Virus record (IMG/VR): IMGVR_UViG_3300031718_000007
Coordinates: 1,789 to 65,788 of that record
Direction: 5' to 3' (one strand)
Length of the DNA stretch: 64,000 nucleotides
Source of the DNA: a virus
Taxonomy: Duplodnaviria > Caudoviricetes
Made by a program: the position numbers and the translations under genes
Shown: piece after piece, positions 20,873-28,838 of the stretch
How positions within the stretch are numbered: the stretch's first letter is position 1
How the letters are laid out: each line of letters begins with the position of its first letter
Notes under the pieces: model-generated
Seen by the model: only the letters and a program-made list of their open reading frames with translations
Told to the model about the DNA's origin: nothing
The model's database searches: none

Positions 20873-21295
20873 TTACCCTCCACTCACGCCGTGCCTAAGC
20901 ACGAACGTGCCGCCCATCAACACTGTGCGAATGGGTGGCGTTGAATTGTCATATTGCACTAAGTCGTACACGTATTCTCCCGGCACGAGAACGGCGGTCA
21001 CCGCCGTTTCAGGGACGTTCATATGAAAGATGCGGTTCACCGGATCGTCAATGATGATCTGGCTGCCTGCGGACGTGAGCGAAAGGAGCGCTGTCGTGTC
21101 GTTGCGATTGCGCTTGATATCCAGACGCAGGTTCGGACCAAGTATCCATGCGGGCCCGGTCGCGCCCGCGGCGCCAGTCGCGCCGGCGCAGCCGCAATCC
21201 GTATCAGGCGGATCGAGTTGGAACGCATCCTGGAACGTCTCGTTGTCCAGAGTGACGATCTTCACGCGCGCTGCAGCGGGGCCAGGACCGAACAT
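20873..21295 (-). CDS. Ig-like fibre attachment protein
   Basis: Start moved to MFGPG (TAATG coupling); GEYVYDL...LMGG.F pattern; short GAT insert. Confidence 0.6.
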   Translation of the reverse strand: MFGPGPAAARVKIVTLDNETFQDAFQLDPPDTDCGCAGATGAAGATGPAWILGPNLRLDIKRNRNDTTALLSLTSAGSQIIIDDPVNRIFHMNVPETAVTAVLVPGEYVYDLVQYDNSTPPIRTVLMGGTFVLRHGVSGG

Positions 21296-21987
21296 TAGAA
21301 CCTCGTGGGGGGCGGGAAATAGCTCACCATTCCAGCCCGCTGAGTACGGCTCTCCCAGCCGCCAGGGAACCGCCATGTCTGCGCTCCGAAAGCGTTCTCG
21401 CGCGCGGCGGCGGTGCGTGCAATCTGTATACCTTGCCGGAACCGTTTCAGATGGTACGCGGCATTCGTTTGGTTCGAGTAACTTTTCCCGGGCTGCTCCA
21501 TCAAGTTGCCGAGCACGCCATCCAGGATATCGGGGTAATATTCTTGCAGGACCCAGTGCGGCGCGATTGGCCAGCCATCTTTGTTCACATGCTTGACGGT
21601 CTCGGCGACGTACACGAGCCACGGGTTTGTAGCGCTGAGCGGCGCCGGCGTGGGTGGATTTGTCGTCACTGGCTGCACGGAGGAAGTCTGTATGTTGCAG
21701 CGGACGTGTAGCTCACCGAAATGCGGCATGAAGGCCGGCACGCCGAGGCGCCAGCCGTCCCAGACACCAAGCAGCGTGATCGGCTGACCGCCATCGCGCG
21801 TGAGAATTTTGTACTCCTGCACCCCGACCGTCACGAGCAAGTGGATATGCTCGCGCCAGGACAGGCTGTCGCGGAAGAACTCTGTCAACACGCTGCGCAG
21901 CGCGATCTGCAGCGCGCCCTCGGACACGCCGGTCGTGCGGGTCTGAACCTCATCCATCAGTCGCTGCAGATCAGGTTTTTCGAGCAT
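21295..21987 (-). CDS. head-tail adaptor / tail tube-like protein
   Basis: Position after the capsid gene; G.L..LM.QPGK.YSN...A motif. Confidence 0.6.
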   Translation of the reverse strand: MLEKPDLQRLMDEVQTRTTGVSEGALQIALRSVLTEFFRDSLSWREHIHLLVTVGVQEYKILTRDGGQPITLLGVWDGWRLGVPAFMPHFGELHVRCNIQTSSVQPVTTNPPTPAPLSATNPWLVYVAETVKHVNKDGWPIAPHWVLQEYYPDILDGVLGNLMEQPGKSYSNQTNAAYHLKRFRQGIQIARTAAARENAFGAQTWRFPGGWESRTQRAGMVSYFPPPTRF

Positions 21988-21990
21988 GGC

Positions 21991-22392
21991 TTACCTCTGC
22001 GCGCTGCCGGGGCCGGGCGTCCCGCCGTGAACCGGCGGCGTCTGCACGCCAGTCAGAACAGCCTGAAAACTAGCCATGTACGTCGCGGCGCGCTCGTCGT
22101 TCACGTCTTCCTGATCCTGCTCATAGACCTGCCAGACGATGCCATGCACGAAGCCGAGCCGGAACTGCCGTTCGATTGGCACATAGGCGCCTTCGCTGTC
22201 GGCGGTGAAGTGCGGTACATGGCCGTGGGTCCGGACAAAAAAGTCCGCGCGCAAGCGTTTCGCCTCGCCGAGCGCGTTGTTCAGCGCGTCCACGATCGCC
22301 TCGTCCGTGTAACGGAACGGAGCCCGCTTGTCCTGCAGGAGACGCCGGGCGGCGCTCACGTAATCTTCGACGGTATCGAGGTCATCTGACAT
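21991..22392 (-). CDS. head-tail connector / adaptor protein
   Basis: ARRLLQD...RYTDE.....LN.A....RLR.D.F helical adaptor pattern. Confidence 0.6.
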   Translation of the reverse strand: MSDDLDTVEDYVSAARRLLQDKRAPFRYTDEAIVDALNNALGEAKRLRADFFVRTHGHVPHFTADSEGAYVPIERQFRLGFVHGIVWQVYEQDQEDVNDERAATYMASFQAVLTGVQTPPVHGGTPGPGSAQR

Positions 22393-22446
22393 GGCAGCGC
22401 TCATGCGGCGAATAGGGTATTTATTAGCCAGTTCGTTAAGGATAGG

Positions 22447-22782
22447 TCAACGCGCGTACCGCGCAACGGCAGCCAATTCAGCGGGAGACGCGTCTGACTT
22501 AATACGATTTGCTCGATGGGATATAACGAAAACGTTTCCGCGCACGTAACCGCGTGTATTATCCTTTCGATCTAGGGTCGGACTATTGCTTCTGGTACGA
22601 CCATCAGAGGCATAATCAAGAACCATTCCTAGGACGGGACACACTGATGGCCAAACAAGATCAGTCTCTGTCAAATTAAATGGTAACCCCTTCCGTTTTG
22701 CCTTCGCTTTAGCATTAGTCAACATCGTAGTACGTGGATGCCCACGCCGGTATCGTCGTTGCCATGCTGCCTTGGAACGCAT
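22447..22782 (-). CDS. free-standing HNH-type endonuclease
   Basis: AK.KGL.FNL, CPVLG, SPTLDRKDNTRGYVRGNV..IS.RAN..K; lower GC than neighbours. Confidence 0.75.
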   Translation of the reverse strand: MRSKAAWQRRYRRGHPRTTMLTNAKAKAKRKGLPFNLTETDLVWPSVCPVLGMVLDYASDGRTRSNSPTLDRKDNTRGYVRGNVFVISHRANRIKSDASPAELAAVARYAR

Positions 22783-22810
22783 AATGGCGGGGAGGTTATC
22801 CCCGCCATTA
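22782..22810 (-). terminator. 12-bp perfect hairpin after the major capsid gene
   Basis: TAATGGCGGGGA-N5-TCCCCGCCATTA about 22 nt after the capsid stop; U-tract weak. Confidence 0.55.
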
Positions 22811-22832
22811 GTAACTTGCAACACCAACCCTA

Positions 22833-23843
22833 TTAGCTGGCGGGTGTCACTTGCGCTTGCACGAGAGCCCGGCCATCGACCACTTGGTAGCCGTAGACCT
22901 GCAGGCCGCGCAGGATTTGGCCGAAAGTCAACTCAGACCGCAGGGTCTCGACCTTGCTGATCTGGCTCGCGAACGTCAGTCCGTGAGCATGGCCTGCGTA
23001 GATCGGCCATTCGCCGGCATTGAAGTGGGTGCTGTCGGAGCCGTTGTTCGGCAGCAGGTTCGAAATATAGATCGTGAACCGATCCACCATTCCGAGACGC
23101 CCGTTGCGGAGCATCGACACGCTGTCGCCAGACAGATAGGCCTGACGGAGTTCCGACTGCTTGATCATGCGGCCGGCCCACGCCGGAAGCACGACCCAGC
23201 GCCCTACCTCGGGAATGTTCTGCTCGTCGAGGACCTGCCCCATGCGGAGCAGAACGTCGAGCAGTTCAAGCTGGCCGACACCGGGGTTCCGGCCGACCAC
23301 CGCCAGGGGAGTACCCTGGACGCCGAGGTTCAGCGAGCCGCTGATGGCACCGGCAGCGACGCCCTGGTTCTGGGCGACCATCTGGCCATAGATGCCGTCG
23401 AGCACGTCGCTGTCGACTGCGATCTTCATCTGCTGGGCAGCATCGTCCGACCACATGGAGAGGACGTTGAGGTCAGACTGGACCTCCATCACGTCATCCA
23501 GCACGACGGAGAAATACTTGCCGTTGCCGATATAGAGTTCTACGGTCCCACCCGTCGGACGGTCGAGGCCCAGGAGGCCGTCGGCGTCGTAGTTGTGGAT
23601 CGTGATCGTGGGCTTCGTGCGGATTTTCACACGATCGCCTTTATTCTTGATCTCGCCCTCGTAGTCCGTGTTGCTGATCGCAGCAAGGACCGTCGAGGCG
23701 TAGAACTTCTCAACCAACTTGCCGGACCAGATTTCCGGGATGAACCCGGTGGCCTGCAGGTTGTTGCCCGAGCTACCGGTGGGGTAGATCGGGGGCGTTG
23801 AGCCGGACGTTGCGCCCGGAAATGCGCCGCTCGGGATAGGCAT
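22833..23843 (-). CDS. major capsid protein (HK97 fold)
   Basis: FIPEIWSGK...NTDYEGEI...GD.V.I and RGLQVYG motifs; directly after the scaffold gene. Confidence 0.9.
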   Translation of the reverse strand: MPIPSGAFPGATSGSTPPIYPTGSSGNNLQATGFIPEIWSGKLVEKFYASTVLAAISNTDYEGEIKNKGDRVKIRTKPTITIHNYDADGLLGLDRPTGGTVELYIGNGKYFSVVLDDVMEVQSDLNVLSMWSDDAAQQMKIAVDSDVLDGIYGQMVAQNQGVAAGAISGSLNLGVQGTPLAVVGRNPGVGQLELLDVLLRMGQVLDEQNIPEVGRWVVLPAWAGRMIKQSELRQAYLSGDSVSMLRNGRLGMVDRFTIYISNLLPNNGSDSTHFNAGEWPIYAGHAHGLTFASQISKVETLRSELTFGQILRGLQVYGYQVVDGRALVQAQVTPAS

Positions 23844-23888
23844 GGCAGTCCCTCAGTTTAGGGGCTGCCACCATTGGCGTGCCCCTGG

Positions 23889-24932
23889 TTAACGAATGCG
23901 CCCTTCTCGCTGTGCTTCGAAGATGCGTGCCTCATCCGCTTTTCGGGCATCGGGCCGTCCGTAGTAGGACGCCTGACCTTCGGGCGAATAAAACCAGCGA
24001 ATATCTGCGCGGGTGAAAACAGGTTTTGCATCGGTCGGCGCGGTATCCCCGCCGGGATGCGGTCTGCCAGGGGTTGACAGGGCTGCCAGGGGGACCGCGG
24101 CGTTCCCGGGAGCCGGAGGCTGCAGGGAAGGCTCTGGGCCGGGCATCTGACCCGTAGCTTGTTCGTCAGTGACGAACCCTTTGAAGAACGCCAGGACCCG
24201 AGGCGCATCACCGCGTCGGAAGGCGTCCATGAGCAATGCACTCCTTACACCACCCGAGTAAACATCACGTAAAGCACTCCACGCCTTGAAGCGTGGGCTC
24301 GCGTTTATAGCCCGCCAATCGGGGATTTCTGCATCGAGCAGCGCGTAGACGGAGTTCACCGTGGTCTGCTGAACTTGCTGGCCAAGGCGGCTCGTGCGTT
24401 GCTCAAGAGGCGTGACGGCCTGCGCCACAACGCCGCGGGCGACACGCTCGGCAAGACCGATCAGGTCTTCGCCAAACGTCTTGCGATCTTCCTCGGTGAT
24501 AGTCGGGACGGGCTGTGGCGGCTGCGGCGGCTGCGGCGGCTGCGCGCGAAGGCGCTGTTGCAGTTCGTCGCCCATAGCGCTGATCTGCCCCTGCAAGTCG
24601 CCAATCGTCTGGACGCTCTGGTCGTAACGTCCCTTCATGGCATTGAAACGGGCTTCCCAGTCGATAGGCTTGGGCTCGGCTGCGGCCGGCGCGGGCGGCG
24701 TTACAGGCGCTGTAACGGGCTGCGGCGCGGGCTCAGTGGGCTGCGGCTGCGGCTGTGGCTGCGGCACAGGCTCAGCGACCGGCGGCATGAAAGCGGGGGG
24801 TGCTGCGGGCGCAGACGCCGGCGCGGGAGCGTCGTAGGCCTGCGCATGAATGGCTTCGGAGCGCGCCGCGGCGGCAAGGACGGCCGGCGGCAGGGTGACA
24901 TTCGGGTCGACGGGAGGATGGTTCTGGGGCAT
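23889..24932 (-). CDS. capsid scaffolding protein
   Basis: Pro-rich N-terminus, coiled coil, IPDWRAIN..P.F, C-terminal I..AQ.EGRI; precedes the capsid gene. Confidence 0.75.
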   Translation of the reverse strand: MPQNHPPVDPNVTLPPAVLAAAARSEAIHAQAYDAPAPASAPAAPPAFMPPVAEPVPQPQPQPQPTEPAPQPVTAPVTPPAPAAAEPKPIDWEARFNAMKGRYDQSVQTIGDLQGQISAMGDELQQRLRAQPPQPPQPPQPVPTITEEDRKTFGEDLIGLAERVARGVVAQAVTPLEQRTSRLGQQVQQTTVNSVYALLDAEIPDWRAINASPRFKAWSALRDVYSGGVRSALLMDAFRRGDAPRVLAFFKGFVTDEQATGQMPGPEPSLQPPAPGNAAVPLAALSTPGRPHPGGDTAPTDAKPVFTRADIRWFYSPEGQASYYGRPDARKADEARIFEAQREGRIR

Positions 24933-24956
24933 TTTACTCTCCTTGGCGTCCGTGGC

Positions 24957-25205
24957 TTAATGCGACGGAGGCCGCTGTTGGGTGCGTTCCACGAAGTGGC
25001 ATTCGCGGAAGGCTCGAAGAAAAGCCTTTGCCTGTCGGGCTCGGCCTTGCATTTCCAGGATTTGGTCCTGGGGTGCATCCACCATCGCGGTTAAGACTTC
25101 GGCCGTGTAAATTGCCAAAGCGTTAATCGTATGGGTGAATTCATCAGGGTTGCATTTACGGAGGCGGTTCAGCGCCACCATAAGGGGGTCGGCGTTCGCA
25201 GCCAT
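24957..25205 (-). CDS. hypothetical head-region protein
   Basis: 82-aa helical ORF with QGRAR motif; TAATG coupling. Confidence 0.6.
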   Translation of the reverse strand: MAANADPLMVALNRLRKCNPDEFTHTINALAIYTAEVLTAMVDAPQDQILEMQGRARQAKAFLRAFRECHFVERTQQRPPSH

Positions 25206-25438
25206 TACATGCCGTTTCCGCCCCAATCACCACTTCCCAGGCCACCTGCATCGGGCGGCGTCGGCTGAGGCATCGGGGCTGCCTTTGCATAGTCGTTGAT
25301 GGAATTCGTGGCCGGCTTCTGCAGCGCGGTGAGAGTGTTGCGGTTCGGCATGGGAGCCGTTTGGGAGCCCTTGCCGGCGTGCTTGTGGACGGCCCCGCCC
25401 TTCGAGAGGGGAGTGAGGTTCTTTTTGAACGGAGCCAT
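25205..25438 (-). CDS. small basic protein with LSKGG motif
   Basis: 77 aa in a tight gene chain. Confidence 0.55.
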   Translation of the reverse strand: MAPFKKNLTPLSKGGAVHKHAGKGSQTAPMPNRNTLTALQKPATNSINDYAKAAPMPQPTPPDAGGLGSGDWGGNGM

Positions 25439-25442
25439 GGCT

Positions 25443-25655
25443 TTAACTCAGTTGGCCGGTGTCACCGAAGCCGGCGGTGTTGCTAGGAGGGGTCTTGCCG
25501 TAATTGCGGGTGCTAGCCGCACTGGGCTTGATCCGGGGAATAGGCGGCGTCCGCAGGCTTTCCGGCCGCGATCCGAGGACAAAGGACGGCCGAATGCCCG
25601 GTGTCGGGACACTCTTATGACCACCCTTGCCGGTGTTGACACTGAGAGCCGCCAT
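25443..25655 (-). CDS. small basic hypothetical protein
   Basis: Start moved to MAALSV; fits between neighbours. Confidence 0.5.
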   Translation of the reverse strand: MAALSVNTGKGGHKSVPTPGIRPSFVLGSRPESLRTPPIPRIKPSAASTRNYGKTPPSNTAGFGDTGQLS

Positions 25656-25659
25656 GGGC

Positions 25660-25956
25660 TTAGCTCTGGGGCGCCGTGCAGCCCGCTTCAGCAGGGGTGC
25701 TCGCCCGGAAGCCGAACATCTTGCCCTTGCCACCAGACGCAAAGTCAGCGCCGGGCGCAGCACTCTCGGTATGAGCGGTGCCACCGGGCTTCTGTTCGCC
25801 GGCCGATTGCTCGCCAAACATGTGCGTGTCGCCGCCTTCGGCGAACTTTACGTTGTGCGTGGTCTCGTTCCGGTCGACTTTCTTCGCGCCGCCCTTCCCT
25901 TTAAGTTCGGGCACGCTGCCGGTATCCTTGACGCCGGACTTCAAACCGTTGGCCAT
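25660..25956 (-). CDS. small protein with FAEGG and FASGG motifs
   Basis: 98 aa, GGGAG SD. Confidence 0.6.
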   Translation of the reverse strand: MANGLKSGVKDTGSVPELKGKGGAKKVDRNETTHNVKFAEGGDTHMFGEQSAGEQKPGGTAHTESAAPGADFASGGKGKMFGFRASTPAEAGCTAPQS

Positions 25957-26022
25957 AGTAGTCTCCCAGGTCGGGTGTGTTACTGTCCCGACCTGGGTTA
26001 AAGACCAACGGTGAATAACTGC

Positions 26023-26622
26023 TTAAGCGCCGGGGCGCCGGATCACCAACAAATGCTCACACGGGGAGTGCGACTTGCCAATGCCCGGCTCGCAGTAGAT
26101 CGCGTCCCAATCGAAATCGTCCCGCAGGTGTTGCGCGAGCGTGAGGGGATTATCCCGGTCGCGTATGTCCTCGACCACGTAGATGCCATCGTCTTCGAGA
26201 AACGGCGCGAGCGTGTTCATAGTCAAAATCTGATGTGCCAATTCGTGGGACCCGTCGTCAATGATCAGATCGAACTTGCCGCCAACGAACTCCATCGCAG
26301 CCAAGAGAGATTGCTTGTCACCTTGATCAGCCTGACCACAATAAATCCGTTCATCTACAAACAGGCAATGAACATTGTTATCAAGACCGACGATCAGCGC
26401 GTTCGGGAAATACTCCCGCCACATACGCAGGCTGCTGCCAGCGTTCACCCCGATCTCTAAGACACGCTTCACGCTCTCACGTCGGTGCCCGAGCAAGTCG
26501 TGATAGATCGGCGTATACTCATGGCAAGTGTCGCTGTCGGCACCGCCGTATCGCAGGTGCCGTCCGCCTTTATCGGTCTCGTGCTTTTTCGCCAGCAAGC
26601 ACAGCGGCGTCAGTTCCCTCAT
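26023..26622 (-). CDS. class I SAM-dependent methyltransferase (sugar O-methyltransferase-like)
   Basis: TDKG..H.Y..IY, VLEIGV..GSS, GLD, DLIIDDGSH, YVVED. Confidence 0.85.
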   Translation of the reverse strand: MRELTPLCLLAKKHETDKGGRHLRYGGADSDTCHEYTPIYHDLLGHRRESVKRVLEIGVNAGSSLRMWREYFPNALIVGLDNNVHCLFVDERIYCGQADQGDKQSLLAAMEFVGGKFDLIIDDGSHELAHQILTMNTLAPFLEDDGIYVVEDIRDRDNPLTLAQHLRDDFDWDAIYCEPGIGKSHSPCEHLLVIRRPGA

Positions 26623-26813
26623 GTCGTTCTCCTATGATAGCGCATCCAGCGCTTGAGGCCGGCACGATCGCCGGGATGGGGTTCTTCACCCTTGAACCGG
26701 GCGAACGCATTACGCGCCTGCCGAGACGAAAGCCCCTTGCGGGCGCGGAACGCCTGCAGGACTTCGATGGGGGCGCTTTTCAGATATTGGTTCAGCGTGA
26801 CAGGAGGGGCCAC
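26619..26813 (-). CDS. small basic hypothetical protein
   Basis: GTG start with GGGAG SD; ATGA overlap with the methyltransferase gene. Confidence 0.4.
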   Translation of the reverse strand: MAPPVTLNQYLKSAPIEVLQAFRARKGLSSRQARNAFARFKGEEPHPGDRAGLKRWMRYHRRTT

Positions 26814-27508
26814 GACGTATCTCCCTGCAGGTAACCAGTGAACTGTGTCTGGTCGTGATTGCCGGGATACCACCGCATAGGGAGTATGTTCAACAACTCG
26901 GCGTAGGACCACGACGAATTGTCCCAGCACAGCCGGTGCGTCATGCGCGTGCGCAGCGTGATCAACGCCTTCATCGCGTATGTCACTTTATACGCATACT
27001 TGGCCGGGCAGACCCAGACAGAGCCGGCGAAACGCCAGTGATTGATGTGATCCTGGATCGGCTGCTTGTGCCAGATACCCGGCAGAGAGATCGCGTCGAA
27101 CGGCACGTCCTCGATATCTTTCAGAAACTGCCGGATCACGTCCGGGGTGACACCGCGTTGCTTGAAAATAGTCGGTTCGACCCACGCCCAAATATCCACG
27201 TCCTGTTCCGTGGCCGCGGCGGCTGCGATCCATTGGAACCGCTGGCATAGGACGACCTGGGAAATCATGGCATGCGCCGGGTCCGCGTAGCGATCTTTCG
27301 GTTCATTCGGATGGTCAGCAGACAAAACGGTTTCAGGTAACAGCGCCCGAACCATGTCATGCGCCCAACACATATCCAGTGAAGTCGTGAAATGTGTAAC
27401 CGGCGCCGTACCCTGAAGTCGCACCAGCCAGTCGCGCATCTGGTCCTGAGACTGGTGCTTCGCCGGAAACGCATCCGGTACGAAACCGTTAAATATTTTT
27501 ACCTTCAC
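26792..27508 (-). CDS. HtrL/YibB-like putative glycosyltransferase (paralog 2)
   Basis: QRFQW, WAWVE, PGIW, WRFAG, WY.GNHDQTQF shared with 28173-28838. Confidence 0.6.
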   Translation of the reverse strand: MKVKIFNGFVPDAFPAKHQSQDQMRDWLVRLQGTAPVTHFTTSLDMCWAHDMVRALLPETVLSADHPNEPKDRYADPAHAMISQVVLCQRFQWIAAAAATEQDVDIWAWVEPTIFKQRGVTPDVIRQFLKDIEDVPFDAISLPGIWHKQPIQDHINHWRFAGSVWVCPAKYAYKVTYAMKALITLRTRMTHRLCWDNSSWSYAELLNILPMRWYPGNHDQTQFTGYLQGDTSWPLLSR

Positions 27509-28176
27509 GGAGCGCTCCTAAATGTGGCCCGGTCGCGCGTCGGCGCGTCTGCATCAGGCGCACAGAGATAGTACACAGCGAGACTGCGGCGATAGACGCC
27601 CTCGGGCATCGTCAACGGCCGGCTCATGCCGTGCCAAGAATTTTTGGTTGTGTCGAAGATCACCGCACGATTGTAGAGCGGCGCGATTTCACGGACCAGC
27701 TTGCCGGGCTTCTCGCTGTCACCTTCCCAGAGCCCAAGATGGCCGCCGTACTCAGCTTCCATCCGCGGCTCAACGTAGATGATGATATTGATCTTGCGTT
27801 GCATGCCCATCTTCGGGTGGATGCTATAATCCAGGTGGGGCGCGAGCACGCCGCCGTTTCCGTGTGCGTGCCATCCGCCGCCGTGCAAGCCCATGTCCGG
27901 CACAAGGGTGACACCACAGGCGCGGCTCAGCCGGTGGATCACACCGGGCGACATGAGAAACTGAAACAGCTTGTACGTCTCCGGCGGGAACAAGAACCAG
28001 TTGTTGCAAGCCTTTTTGATCTGGTGGGCCTGATCGTAGCAAAACCAGTTCGGGCTATCGAACGGCAGGAACTCGTGCGCAATCACGTCTGGATTTTCCA
28101 GAAAGTTATCAATTATCGCGTGCGGAAACGGGTCACCATCGCTCTCGGCGCGACCCCAGCCTTTTGGATCAATCAT
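27505..28176 (-). CDS. 2OG-Fe(II) oxygenase, prolyl-hydroxylase-like
   Basis: PFPH.IIDNFL, HLD facial-triad motif, GG.L.LW, P.YNRAVIF, WHG, RRSLA.YY. Confidence 0.85.
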   Translation of the reverse strand: MIDPKGWGRAESDGDPFPHAIIDNFLENPDVIAHEFLPFDSPNWFCYDQAHQIKKACNNWFLFPPETYKLFQFLMSPGVIHRLSRACGVTLVPDMGLHGGGWHAHGNGGVLAPHLDYSIHPKMGMQRKINIIIYVEPRMEAEYGGHLGLWEGDSEKPGKLVREIAPLYNRAVIFDTTKNSWHGMSRPLTMPEGVYRRSLAVYYLCAPDADAPTRDRATFRSAP

Positions 28177-28838
28177 AGCCCGTTCTCATAGTTGGTGAAC
28201 ATTGTCTGGTCGTGATCTGCCTTGTACCAGCGGATCGGAAGCTTATCAGTTTGATCCACGCGTGCAAGCGTATTCACTTCCCAGGTGATGTTCTTCGTTG
28301 CGCTCGCGTGCAGCAGCGCCATTGCCTGCACAAGGTTCTTAAGTTTGCCGATGCAAGAACGAGGAACGACCAGAAGCCCACCGCAAAAACGCCAGCAAGG
28401 CACGTCATCGCGTATATCACTGCGAGGCCAGCACCCGGGTATCGCAAAGTCGCTACGACGAACTCTTGCCAGAAAGTCATTGATCACTCCTGGGGTGACG
28501 CCCGGGACATGGCAAATGCCATAGTCGAGCCAGACGAACGTATCTGGGGCCGGGTCCATGTTGGCCGCATCGAACAGCCACTGAAATTTTTGATGCTGCA
28601 CGCAGTGATAAGGCAAGGTGTTCTTCTGGGGATTATCGGCCACACTCCATGTCGGACCGAACGGAAGATGCTCAATCATCGTGTAAAGCCACGTCGACGT
28701 GACGTTGGCATAGAACGGCTGCACGGGGACTTTTAGTTCGCGCAACTTTTCTCCGAGAGCGCCATACTCTGTAGCGTCACGCGGATGGCCGGCTATCGGC
28801 ACGTAACCCGTTACGACCTTAAGTTTGAGCTTGCGCAC
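28173..28838 (-). CDS. HtrL/YibB-like putative glycosyltransferase (paralog 1)
   Basis: VVTGY, HQKFQW, FVWLDYGI, WRFCGG, TWEVN, WYKADHD. Confidence 0.65.
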   Translation of the reverse strand: MRKLKLKVVTGYVPIAGHPRDATEYGALGEKLRELKVPVQPFYANVTSTWLYTMIEHLPFGPTWSVADNPQKNTLPYHCVQHQKFQWLFDAANMDPAPDTFVWLDYGICHVPGVTPGVINDFLARVRRSDFAIPGCWPRSDIRDDVPCWRFCGGLLVVPRSCIGKLKNLVQAMALLHASATKNITWEVNTLARVDQTDKLPIRWYKADHDQTMFTNYENGL

